A stretch of DNA of 64,000 nt, from assembly GCF_018350175.1 (NCBI RefSeq), contig NC_058383.1, positions 21,268,001-21,332,000 of the forward strand, read 5' to 3'. Below the pieces are notes generated by a model that searched no databases, was not told where the DNA came from, and saw nothing but the letters and a program-made list of their open reading frames with translations. This document shows positions 52,021 through 64,000 of this stretch, piece by piece. The first letter of the stretch is position 1. Each line of letters begins with the position of its first letter. The translations under genes were made by a program, and so were the position numbers. Origin of the DNA: Felis catus (lineage: Eukaryota).

Positions 52021-53659
52021 TATATTTGGGACCAGAGGAATCTTCAATCTTTGTTTCTAACTCCTCAACATTTTGTTTCAACTCCCCCTACTTCTTTGCA
52101 CCACCCTCACAATGGCCTTCCTCCTTTCTCTTCCAGTATATTCCCTCTCTCCCTCTCTCCCTCTCCTCCTCCCTCTCTCTCCCACTCCCCTCTCCCTCCC
52201 CCTTCCCCCCTCTCTCTCCCTCTCCCTTTCCCTACGTCTCTCTCTCCCTCCCTCTCTCCTAGAATCCCCTAATCTAGGTTCCATGAGTGGGTTTCAGAGA
52301 AACTATAAATCCCCTGGCATTATAAGTAAACATTTGCACCTATGAGTATTTTTCCTGGGGAATGGGTCCATAGCTTTCATCATATTCTCAGAGAGGTCAG
52401 AGTCCCATAAGATGAAAATTCAAGTAACAAATATTTTCATGGGATACATGTAATAGCTCCAACACAGTTCCCTTGGTCTATTGTGCCCTGGGAGCAAGAG
52501 TTATTTCTCATCAGAAGAAAAAAAATCAAAGAGAGAAAATGTAAAGTGATTTGTTCCGACCCTGTTTCCACCAGCCCTGTGCCCTGGGAGAAAGTGCCCT
52601 GCCTTTAGAAACATAAACATCTCTATCCTTCCCGGCGTGCTAGGCCTCCCATCCATCATTCCAGTCAGGCTCTGGGCAGCCGCGGCCGGCCTCCTTTCCC
52701 GCCATTCGTGACCCTCTCCATCAGATGTCGGCTCTGGCTCTGGCCAGCTTGTTGACGACTGGACATTTTCCTAGGCCAGCCAAACAGCCTCCTCACCATC
52801 AGAGCTCTCCAGAGCTGGAGAAACTACCGGAGCCCAGGAAGGGACGACCAGGGCTGTAGAGGACGCTCCCACGGAATGCCTGAGCCCACAGGTCCAGCCG
52901 TAGCTACAGGGGCTCCCCGAGGCCTGAAGACCCTGGGGTCTAAGCGGGCTCCTCTGTAACCCAGCACTGTGGAGTCCCATCGTTCTATGCGTTAAACTCG
53001 TCAATCTCCAGGGAAAACCAGGGAGATGGCAACGACGAACACACACACACACACCTGGAGGGAGAGTCAGCAGAGGAGCAGCCGGGCAGCTCTGCTGATC
53101 TTGGCTGGGCCTGCCCGCGTGTTGCTGTGTCGGCCGGCCGTCAGCTGACCCGGACGGCCTCTGCCGGGTGACTGGGCTAAGTCAGCTCTGTGCCAAGGGT
53201 CTCTCACTCTCCAGCTGCGCTAACCTGAGCGTGCTCTCGTGGCAATGAGAAAGGTACAAGGGACAGCGAGCAAGACTGCTCGCATCACATCTGCAAATAC
53301 TCCTCTGGCCAAAGCAAGTCCAGAGGACTTGGGGCTGAGCCCAGAGTCAAGGGCAGCCCTGGTGCCCCTCCCCACAGTGGGCAGGTACCACAAGCCAGGT
53401 GAGAGCCTGTATTTAGAGGTCAGGCTCTGCCTCCTACCAGGGGTGTCTCTTAAATTCTCTGAGCAAATAACACATTACTTCTCACCTATCTGGTTAGCGA
53501 ATTCTTTTAATTTTCCTGTGGTAATACACAGTCCCATAATGGGTTGGAGAAACAGGTACCTTAACACACTACTGATGGAATATTATCTTTTTAGAGGATA
53601 ACTGAATCACGTTTACTATGGAAGATGGCCAAAATGGCTCCAAATTCTTCTCTTTCCCC

Positions 53660-54102
53660 TTTTTTTAATGTGTATTTATTTATTTAGAGAGAGAGAGCGT
53701 GCATACGAACTGGGGAGGAGCAGAGAGAAAGAGAGACAGAGAATCCCGAGCAGGTTCTGCACAAGCAGTGCAGAGCCCAACACGGGGCTCGATCCCACGG
53801 ACCCTGAGGTCATGACCTGGGCTGAAACCAAGAGTCGGACGCTGAACCGACTGAGCCACCCAGGCGCCCTTTCTCCTCCCCGTTTCTTTTTTTTTTTTTC
53901 AACGTTTATTTATTTTTGGGACAGAGAGAGACAGAGCATGAACGGGGAAGGGGCAGAGAGAGAGGGAGACACAGAATCGGAAACAGGCTCCAGGCTCTGA
54001 GCCATCAGCCCAGAGCCCGACGCGGGGCTCAAACTCACGGACCGTGAGATCGTGACCTGAGTGAAGTCGGACGCTTAACCGACTGCGCCACCCAGGCGCC
54101 CT
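53660..54102 (-). mobile_element. Two adjacent Can-SINEs (older 53660-53869; young 53887-54102) inside an MLT1-like LTR
   Basis: Young copy has TSD tctcctccccgtttc on both sides. Confidence 0.93.
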
Positions 54103-54778
54103 ATCTCCTCCCCGTTTCAATGTGACTTCACAACTCCTCCCGCCATGAGTGTGGGTTGGTCACGTGACCTGCCTAGGCCACAGCAAATGTGACACACGGC
54201 AGGTTTAACAGCACTTGTACACTTGGGAATTGCCTCTGCCAACATGCTTGGAAGCCACTACGTGATGAGCCCGAGCCAGCCAGCTTGCTATCGGATGAGA
54301 GGAAAGTCAAGGTGGAAGAAGTCAAGGTGCGTCAGTGGCCCTGTGTAGACAGACGCGAGGCCGGCTGCGATCAGCCACGCCTGGTCTACAACAGAAAAGC
54401 CACCCAGCAGAGCCTGGCCCACATTGCCAAATCCCAGAATTCCAGAACGAGCGGCTAAAAGATGCCAATTCATTTTATCATATTCTCCTAAGGGTGTCTT
54501 TCAGAAGTAAAGCTACCATGCAGTTTCACTCCACAAATACCTCCTATACCCCTACTATGACCTGCCAGGGTTGTCCTAAGCACTGACAACGTACCCACGA
54601 AAAGGAAAAAGATGAAATGTGTTCCTGTCCTCATGAAGCGCGTATTCTAGGAGTAAGCCAGATTTTAATAATGACCAAGTACAATATGTTGTTTGACCAA
54701 GAGTACCAAGCACTCTGGAGACCGAAAATAATAACGTATGACATCACGTTCCGGGCACCATTTAAATGAGGACGGGGC

Positions 54779-54972
54779 GGGGCGCCTGGGTGGCGCAGGC
54801 CGTTAAACGTCGGGCTTGGGCTCAGTTCGTGATGGCACGGTTTGTGGGTTTGAGCCCCAGGTGGGGGTCTGTGCTGACGGCTCGGAGCCTGGAGCCTGCT
54901 TCGGATTATCTCCCTCTCTCTCTCTCTCAGAAATAAACACTGAAAAAAAAAATTTTTTTAATAAATAAATAA
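54779..54972 (+). mobile_element. Can-SINE within an L2
   Basis: ggggcgcctgggtggcgcag head; flanks aaat(g/a)agga(c/t)gggg. Confidence 0.88.
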
Positions 54973-55299
54973 ATAAGGATGGGGAGGGTCGGGGGGGGGG
55001 GGGGGGGGACGGCGTGCATTACATGAGAAAGCCGCCAGACCAGACCTCTGTGAGAAGGTGACATTTGAACAAAGATTTGAAGGAGGTGAGGAATGAGTCT
55101 CACGGATATCTACAGGAAGAATCTTCCAGGGAGAGGGAACAACAAGCAGTCTGGAGCCAGAGGAGAGGGCAGGATTCGAGGTCAGAAATGTGAAATGAGG
55201 TGGGGTGGGATGCTGTGTAGGCCCTGCGGGTCTTATCAGGAGTCTGCTGTAAACTCCCGTACACATCTAATTTTTTTAACCAACTGCTTCTTTAAAACA

Positions 55300-55517
55300 A
55301 TATTTTTTTATATATTTATTTACTTATTTATTTTGAGAGAGAGAGAGCAAGAGCAGGGGAGGGGCAGAGAGAGAGGGAGACAGAGAGAATCCCAAGCAGG
55401 CTTCTCCGCCCTGTCAGCACGGAGCCCCATGCCGGGCTCAACCTTTGAGGGTGGGATCATGACCTGAGCTGAGGTCAAGAATCGAACACTTAACCGACTA
55501 AGCTACCCGGGCGCCCC
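55300..55517 (-). mobile_element. Can-SINE
   Basis: Reverse head acccgggcgcccc. Confidence 0.9.
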
Positions 55518-56905
55518 TCAAACAGTAATTTTAAAAAAGTATAGAGAGCAAAACCAAATAGCTCCCAGATTCCAGTATTACTGGACTCTACACGCGTTAT
55601 CATAATCCGTGGCCATGCAGGCTCAGAACTCCAGGGAGCCTGCACGAGAGTACCGTCATTTTTGGGCGCGGGCTGCCCTCTGCTGTCGGCTTCTGGATTG
55701 GCACCTTCACAAGCGTCGCCTGAAGGAGCAAGGTCGCTGCCCCAGTGGGGAAAAAGACAACCGGTTGACAGAAGCCCCCTGTTTTCCTTGCCGGTAAGCC
55801 CGACTATGTCAGGAAACCCTTAACAGAGGGGAGAGGAGACCCCTCCCCATCTTCACCCATTCATCGTCCGCCCATATATTCCACTTCTTAAAGGACTCAA
55901 AATTTACCCACGCGCTCACAAACCGTGTAGACACTGTTGGCCCATTCTGCAGGTGAGAGAATGGATGCTGGGAGGCTGTGAACCGTGCACTCCATCTCAC
56001 TAGCCAGTGCATGGTTAAATCAGGACAAAAGTCCGGGCCTCCCAGCTGCTCCAGACCTACTGAAGCCCAACAAAAGGGTAGGTGCCTTTTGCTCAAAGTC
56101 ACAAATGTGAAGCAGCAAATCCAGGATAAAGAGCTGTGAGTCGTCACCACCCCATCCAGGACGCCCCTCCTGCCCCTGCTCTGAGTCCCCATCTGATTCT
56201 TTCCTGCCTCTACCTCCGCTCAGGAAGGATCCATGGGTAGCCAAGGGATGGATGGCGGGCCCCCAAGGAGCCCTTGCAGTTTGGCAGAGGATGACACAGA
56301 GGAAACCTGGGGACAGATGAACATGAGCCATATTACTGGATGCCAGAGGGGACAGACGAGAGTGGGTGGGTGGGGTCACCAAATGCCAAGGAACCTCGTG
56401 AGCACCCCCCCTCCCCGGGACACCGACACAAGGAGGAGAGAGAACATGAGGGAATTGACTGAGGGTGATGGGAACGGACTGAGAAAAGCTGGAATTAAAA
56501 GAACTTAGTTTAAACTGACTAAGATTACATTCCCACCTTCCACACAGCGGGACTCAGAATAGAAACCAAGCTGGGGTATAAAGATCAAAGGAGGTGACGT
56601 GTTTGCACACTGGAGGGTTGCAGCCCGAGAAAAGTGTACCCGCTAAAAAGAAGAGAAACAGTGCTGAAGTTCAGCTCAAAAGACCTGCCTTCTAGTCCTG
56701 CCCACCCCCCCCCCCCCACACACACACACGGAAGTGGTTTGAGACAAATCCCTCAACCTTGTGGTTTTGGCTTCTTTGACATTCACGATACCTCAAGGGG
56801 TTCAGCTGAGGACCCATGAAGCAGGGAATGTGACCCTGCTTGGAAACACTGTCCACTTTGGCCAGCCACCAGAGGGACAAGTGCGACCCCTCTCAAGAAA
56901 CGATC

Positions 56906-57034
56906 GGGGCGCCTGGGTGGCTCAGTCGGTTAAGCGGCGGACTCTTGGTTTCAGCTCAGGTCACGATCTCACGGTTCGTGGGTTCGAGCCCCACACTCGG
57001 CTGTGCAGCTGGCAGTGTGGAACCTGCTTGGGGT

Positions 57035-57070
<36 letters not shown>

Positions 57071-57110
57071 CTACTCACACTGTCTCCTTCTCAAAAAGAA
57101 ATAAAAAATA
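56906..57110 (+). mobile_element. Can-SINE
   Basis: Full head, (CT)n, A tail. Confidence 0.93.
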
Positions 57111-57409
57111 ATCATATAACCCCACTCTAAAGTAGGTGTTAACCAAAGGACTTTTTTGTTTGCTAATAGCCAACTATTCTCATCGTTCTACACCGGTCTC
57201 TGGCAAAGGGGAAGGCAGTACTGATAAATGGCAATGGTTTGCTAGTTTGGGTACAAAAGCTAGGAGGGATCCAGCTTATCTGATCTGAGATAGGGAAAGA
57301 CAATTCTCAAGGAAGGTGAAAGAAGGGGGGGAAGGGTGGCTGGAGCCTGATGCTCTGGAAGCTTCAGCCCAAGAGAAACAGGCTAGGAGACACCTTGAGG
57401 AAAGCATTT

Positions 57410-57622
57410 TATTTTGAGTTCATTTATTTATTTAGAGAGAGACAGAGACAGCATGAGTGGGGGAGAGGCAGAGAAAGAGGAGAGACAAAGGATCCCAAGC
57501 AGGTTCCTCACTGCCAGTGCAGATCCCTGATTCGGGGCTCGAATCCACAAAGCTGCAAGATCATGACCTGAGCTGAAACCAAGAGACCGGACGCTTAACC
57601 GACTGAGCCACCTAGGCGCCCC
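57410..57622 (-). mobile_element. Can-SINE
   Basis: Reverse head; TSD ggaa(a/g)gcatttt. Confidence 0.9.
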
Positions 57623-58609
57623 ACGGAAGGCATTTTTTTGAAGCTGTGTGCCGTATGAAGTGCCGTTGAAAACTCTCTGTTGCTTCCCTATGAGATCTTC
57701 AGTGAGATCTGCACTGCTTACTAATGCTTAGGGAAGTGTGATTTCTTTTTCAGGGGATGTGAAGAAACACCAAGTCCTGCTTTAACTGTATCACAAGGTG
57801 ACAACTGCAGTGATCCATGAGGAGAAGCCAGTATACAGACTATGGGGGCATCCTTGGCCTGCAGACATTCAAAACTACAGAGAATGGAACATCTTTATTG
57901 CAAAAATCATTAAAATTTAATCCAATAAATATGCTAAATGACAGTCGGACAGATGGAGACGTAAAGAGGAAATCATTCTGCTAGAGCTAATAGAATCTGC
58001 CTCAAAATAGTCATGTCTCTCTAGACTGCTGGGGATAACACAGGAAAAGAGGGCAGAATCTTAGGAAAAATGTATTGGCTGAAATGAATGAACAGGCAAT
58101 AAATTAGAGCACTAAAAAAGAAAATGCAGAGAAAAAAAGAAATCATGAGTCGCATCATAACTGTGAGATTGGATTAACAAGAAGAAAGTATTAAACTAAA
58201 CAAAGAAGTCAATGTTGATGATGACAAAGGTACAACCCACATGAAGATCGAACCATCATAAATGTTTACATACCAAATAACATGCCCTCAGATGCTTACG
58301 ACAGGAACGGCAGAACTCATAAGGAGAATTAGACAAAAATGCAAAGGCAATAAGCATTCGTTCCATTTTCTTGGCCCCTGACAGATCAAGTAAATAAAAT
58401 ACAAGTAAGGATACAGAGTGCACAAAAAAATGTAGCTAATGAATTTGAGCTGATAAATACAGGCATAAACATGACTATGGATATTCAGTCAAAAGCTGTT
58501 TACTGAACACCTACTATGTGCCCAACGTTGTTCTGGGGGCTCAGGCATAAGAGTTAATACAACGGAAATAAATCCCCATGCTTGGAGATTTACAGTCAGT
58601 GCAGAAAGA

Positions 58610-59760
58610 TATGATCGTTGAGTTAAGGGGATTCTGCTGAGTTTCTCCACTCTAAAGCTACTATTTTTCCTTTTGTAAATAATACATTTCTTTTGGGGAG
58701 GTACTCTGAGATTATGTGAAGTGTTCAGTTTCTCATCATACATTTGCTTACTGGTTTTAGCATCCACTGGTGATTTTTGCCAGAAACAGTTAGGACTGTC
58801 GTGATTACCAAATGGTGATTATTTAAATTCTCTCAGTGTTTCTACACTTCCTACTTGGAATTCAACTGTGAGCAAAAGGTTTCCCGCCTCTCCACTTATT
58901 TACTCATCCATGTATGTACTTAAATCTATATGGACGCATAGATTCTTATGTAATTCTATAGATCATCATCCATCACTATTTACTTATTAGTTACTTTGAC
59001 GTTCAAACTATCCCAGGTTTGGCCTTTGGGGGCCCCTTAACACGGGCTCCTGAGTCTTTTTGACATGTCCCCATCATTTGAGTTACTTCCTTGTACTTTC
59101 AGGGGTGCATGGGTGGCTCAGTCCGTCAAGCGTCTGACTCTTGGTTTCAGCTCAGGTCATGATCTCACGGCTTTGTGAGTTCGAGCCCCACATCAGGCTG
59201 TGCGCTGGCAGTGAGGAGCCTGCTTGGGATTCTCTCTCCCTCTCTCTTTCTATCTCCCCACCCCCCACTTGCGCTGTCTCTCTCTCTCTCTCTCTCTCTC
59301 AAAATAAACAAACTTAAAAAAAAAAAGTATTGTACTTTCCTTGCCCTTGCCCTGGAATCAGCCATTTCTCTCAGCCACTTTGACTCCTCCTTTCATTGGA
59401 GAATGGTATTTACACACCACGACATGGGCACTAGGCACGTTCATTGTTAGTTACTGGGGTGTCATTGCTTCCAGCCCACCTCAGAGATACATCGAGAGAC
59501 AGAGAGACAGATGGACAGATACACAATATGTCTATTTCTGGAATTTATCTACCAATAGTTAAAACCATGAATTCACACTGCTGGATCCAGTTCCAATTCA
59601 ACACCACCAGGTTTATTCTAGCCTTTCCTTTTTCCACATTCTCCCCTTTTCTAGCAGTGAGAAATTTCTCTCTCATTATCCACAACACATTTCTTTAGTA
59701 AGATACACATAAAATAGTTTCAGAATTGTTCATCTTTTAAAAACCAGACATTTTGAGGAG
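58610..59760 (-). mobile_element. L1MC-like 3' UTR hosting a Can-SINE (59102-59328, plus strand, TSD ttgtactttc)
   Basis: tttctccactctaaag, ggttttagcatccactggtgat, ccctggaatcagccatttctc. Confidence 0.75.
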
Positions 59761-60234
59761 TTCTGTTTCTGAGACATAAAAAGACTATGGATTGGTCTTT
59801 TTGATTTAAGAAAGAGAGGGAAAAAAGGAGAGAAAACGAGAGCCTGAAGAAGGGTCCCACAGGCATAAAAACAGATCTTTCCAGCAAACTGGCAAGAAAC
59901 CCCAAGTTCACAGAAGAGAACTCTCATTCTTGTTCAAGCAGGAAGAGAACTTGACATCTGAATGCTGGTTTAGGGGAACATAAAATTCTCAGTTCAAAAT
60001 CATTTTGCCTCACAAATTTGAAAGTGCTGATTGTATTGTCTTCCAGGGAATTCTGGATTTATCCTTCTTACTTCCTAACTTTTCTCTCAATTTCTTTTCT
60101 TTCCTTTGTGTTGTCTTTTTATGCTGCATGCTGGGACAAACCATCACAGATTATATTTGCAATGGTGTCTTTTCAATGACTTAATGCATCTTGAATTTTT
60201 TATAGCACTGTGCTCTTTTTAAGATTTTTTTTAG

Positions 60235-60682
60235 TTTTTTTTAAAAAAAAATTTTTTTAACGTTTATTCATTTTTGAGAGACAGAGAGAGACATAGCATG
60301 AGCGGGGAACGGGTAGAGAGAGAGGGAGACACAGAATCCGAAGCAGGCTCCAGGCGCTGAGCTGTCAGCACAGAGCCCGACGCGGGGCTCAAACTCACAA
60401 ACTGCGAGATCATGACTTGAGCCGAAGTTGGACGCTCAACTGACTGAGCCACCCAGGCGCCCCTAATTTTTTAATGTTTATTTACATTTGAGAGATAGAG
60501 ACAGAGTGTGAACGGGGGAAGGACAGAGAGAGAGGGAGACAGAATCTGAGGCAGGCTCCAGGCTCTGAGCTGTCAGCACAGAGCCCTACTGGGTGGGGTG
60601 GGGGGGCTCAAACCCACAAACCGTGAGATCACGACCTGAGCCGAAGTCGGACGCTCAACCGACTGAGCCACTCAGGTGCCCC
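60235..60682 (-). mobile_element. Two tandem Can-SINEs (about 60235-60463 and 60466-60682)
   Basis: Two reverse heads, each with a T-rich tail. Confidence 0.93.
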
Positions 60683-61282
60683 TGCAAAACATTTTCTCAA
60701 TGTGATTTGTCTAACGACTATTAAAACATGAGCTTCACTTATTTAAAGGCTTTCTTTTCCATATTTCTTATTTTCCCGTTTCCTTGTGTGCTGGTTTTTC
60801 AGTTCACCCAAATCGTTATCAACCTTTTAGTAATGTTATTTCCCAAATAGCTGGTGATTCCTGAAGGTGTGCTTATCTTTCAGTTGACAAAAAAGAATAA
60901 CTTAGAAGCACTAAGAAATTCCGAGAAATAAAAAAACGTAAAACCAGTTCCCACAGAGGGAAAAAATAACTACAACATCAGACTTGTTAAGCACTGAATA
61001 TCAGAAGGTGGAAAAGAAATGTCCATGAAGTTATGAGGGAAAATTATGTGGAATCTAGACTTCAAGCTCTAGTCTAACCTCTGAAGAAAACCAGTGCCGT
61101 GAAAGAAAAGCACAATCTTCATGTGAAAGGGGGAAAACCCTAAAAAAAAATTAGTTGAAGAAGCAAAAGTCAAAATTCTATACTTGATAATTTCAGAAAT
61201 ATTCAGTAAGAAATCACATCCATTAAAAAAATCATGTTAATAAAATATAAGTAATTTAATGACTTAGGAATTTTAAAAACTG

Positions 61283-61400
61283 GGGCACCTGGCTATCTCA
61301 ATCAGAAGAGCATGCAACTCTCGATCCCAGGGTTGTGAGTTTGAGCCCCACGTTGGCTGTAGGCATTACTTAAAAATAAGTAAATAAATAATCTTTTCTT
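61283..61400 (+). mobile_element. Short Can-SINE lacking the CT tract
   Basis: ggggcacctggctatctca...gagccccacg, A-rich tail; TSD gaattttaaaaac. Confidence 0.8.
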
Positions 61401-61966
61401 AAAAAACAAAGAAATTTTAAAAACCATATTTGCTATTGTTTAAGACATTCAGCATCAGGACAGCATAGCATCATGGGGTGAAGTCTGAATTTATGATCTC
61501 AGAGATCGAGCTGAGAGACTTCCGGAATGGATCACAAAAGGGTCTGAGGTAAACACAGTTCAGAGCCATAGAGAATAAATACAGACCTTCCACCACTGGT
61601 CTATCAGTAGCTCAAGAAGAAAGGAACATAGAGAACAGAGGGGGTAAAATAAGAAAAGAGATAATGTGAGCAAACGTTCCCCCAGGTGAAAAAATATAAA
61701 TCTATGAATAGCCGAACTATGCATAAAATGTAATAAAGTTATCTTTTCAGACATTTAAGAATTCAGAAAATTGACCTCTCAAGTCTTCATTCCTAAAAAA
61801 CAAAAACAGCCTCCAAGATAGAATGGAACTAACCTAAGACGGGAGACACCTCCCCACACCAGCCACTTGGGTAGCACGTCGTTTATATCTGAGCTGGGGG
61901 TCCGAGGGTAGATGTCTTTAAACAGAGAGAAGGTGGAGTTAGAAATCTCAGTTAGAAATATGATCA

Positions 61967-62175
61967 GGGTCGCTGGGGTGGGTCAGTCGGTTGAGCATCC
62001 GACTCTCAATTTCAGCTCAGGTCAAGATCCCAGGGTTGTGGAATCGAGCCCCACTTTGGCCTCCGCACTGAGTGTGGAGCCTGCTTGGAATTCTCTCTTT
62101 CTCTCCCCCTCTGTTCCTCCCCCATTCATACTCTGTCTCTAAAAACAATTAAAAATTAAAATAAATTTTAAAAGT
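61967..62175 (+). mobile_element. Older Can-SINE
   Basis: gggtcagtcggttgagcatccgact..., A tail. Confidence 0.85.
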
Positions 62176-63491
62176 TAAAAGAAAGAAATACTGGCAATCT
62201 TAGGGAAATCACAAGGACATGCTTCTTGGGTTGGGGGGCAGAGGGGTGCTGGGGGAGGAAATTAGAAATTCTAGGACCAAAAAGAAAAAAGCCATATAAG
62301 AAAGTTAGGATCAAATATGAAGCCAACTACAACAGGAAGTGATTCTGCACAATTGATTCATGGATTCTAAGAACAGACTTTGCTACAAGTCCTATCATAT
62401 CACTTGGCTCTGCAATGAAAAACATTTGTATCATCATAACACTGTTAAGTGGTGTTTATTCATTTTCAATTTCTGTGCTAAACCTATTAGCAAAATGTAA
62501 ATGTTATCAACCTTGCGACGTACAGAAGGTTGGGGGGGCAGATGGAAGTAAAAAATGGTAAGAATACTAATATCCACAGTTTTGATGGTACCCAGAGATA
62601 CTGTCTAAAGATAACAGAACAAGAAATTAAATTTTAAAGATCATATTGACTTTATAGGAATGATCGCTAGGAGAACTACAAATAAAAAAGATAGCTAGCT
62701 AAATCTGGTGGTGGGATTTTTAAAAAGATCACTTCTTACCTTTCAAAGTTGAGCACCAGTAAATACTGCCTATGTAAGATAAATTAAAAAAGTAAAAGTA
62801 TAAAAATATTATTTAAGTTAAGGAAGCAACAACCAGAATACTTAAAAAGGGAAGTGGTTAAAAAATAGATTATTTGCGGGGAGTAGCATGAGAGGCCGAA
62901 GATTGGAATTGAAAGACTTCCGTTTTTCATGGTATGCCTTTCCATATAGCTCTGCTTTTTGCTTTTTTCTTTTTTTTTTTCGCATTTGTGCTCTAATTTT
63001 GTAATGATTTTTAATGTGTTAAAATATTAGAGCAACCACTGAAAAATAGAATAAGATCTATAATTTCCAAAACCCAATATGGAAAAAATGAGTCAAAGAA
63101 ACTCAATCAATGCAACACTACGCAGGAGAATGGGGATCAGGGGTGGGGGGCAGAGAACAAGGAATTACAACAAACAGAAAATATAAAATATCATGGGAGG
63201 AAAAGGAAGCAAAACTCTTAAAAAGGCAAATTGATCAAAGGCTAAAATTGACTGCGTTAAAGAAGAGAAATATATTAATGTAAGAAATACATTTACAAAG
63301 GGTTGGGATATATTATGTATGTCATGTTAATAGTAATCAAATTGAGTTGGGAATTCAGGAAGGCCCTTGGGAAAAGAGGGAACAGAAGGTTGTATACTCT
63401 TGGGGCTACAGGAGTGAGGTGAGCCAAAATCATAGCTGAGTCGAGCAGTGACTGAATGGGCCAGCCCACATCTGACCATTCCGAGAGAGAG

Positions 63492-63813
63492 TGTCGTGGG
63501 CTGAATAGTGTGTCCTCCCAAACCAAATGTTCAAGTTCTAACCCCTAGGGCCTCAGAATGTGGCTGTATTTGGAGATGGAGTCTTTAAAGGGGTGAAGAA
63601 GTTAAAATGAGGTCACTAATCCAATGCTGACTGGTGTGTCCTTCTAAGAAAAGGGAAGACGGACCATGTGAAGACACAGGGAGAAGATGGCCCTCCACAA
63701 GACGAGGAGACGGGCCCCAGAAGAAACCAACTCTGCCAGCACCTTGAAGTTTCTGTGGTTTAAGCCCCCCAACCTATGGTAGTTTGTTAGGACAGCCCGA
63801 GCAAACTGGCACA
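63492..63813 (+). mobile_element. MaLR solo LTR (MLT1B/C-like)
   Basis: tgtcgtgggctgaatagtgtgtcctccc...ttctgtggtttaagccccc...gcaaactggcaca; TSD gagag/gaggg. Confidence 0.85.
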
Positions 63814-64000
63814 GAGGGTCTCCTCTTCTTGATAATGATAGTACAATTAGAGACGTCACATGCACATGAAGTGGACAGAATAAACAGGGGTTGTAGGCAG
63901 AATTGCACACGGGTCTAGCAGTTTCCACTTTAGCAGGAGGTCTGGGGCATAGTTTGGAAGGTTTTTCGGCCGTTAGCAAAGGATAGGAGTGGCAAACAGA

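Noticed and set aside
51745..52345. Lys/Glu/Arg- and Ser/Pro-rich ORFs
   Set aside because: Translations of GAAA/GGAA and CT microsatellites
1777..60452. Recurrent 60-70 aa ORFs (MAQSVERPTSAQVMIS...) as a multicopy peptide family
   Set aside because: They are incidental translations of Can-SINE copies

Overview
Repeat-dense mammalian nuclear DNA, almost certainly from a felid, judged by the abundant SINEC_Fc-type Can-SINEs (GGGGCGCCTGGGTGGCTCAGTCGGTT head, (CT)n linker, A-rich tail) and carnivore L1 3' ends. The window is intergenic or deep-intronic. I found no supportable protein-coding exon, rRNA, tRNA gene or CRISPR array. Many ORFs in the track are SINE, microsatellite or LINE read-throughs and the rest match no protein I recognise; the only protein-like ones are broken L1 ORF2 fragments. 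Content: over 30 Can-SINEs (many with target-site duplications, TSDs), 5'-truncated L1s, ancient L1M/L2/MIR, MaLR/ERVL solo LTRs, hAT and Tigger DNA-transposon fossils, and microsatellites. I cannot support a new multi-component biological system. The best anomalies are a ~450-bp CpG-retaining unclassified insert splitting an old L1 (about 31312-31765), an exact 54-bp locally templated duplication (9208-9261 copied at 10331-10384), a 56-bp L1 micro-insertion with a perfect 16-bp TSD, nested or collapsed insertion scars, and several strong non-B-DNA tracts. Family names for old repeats come from remembered consensus sequences, and their boundaries are approximate.
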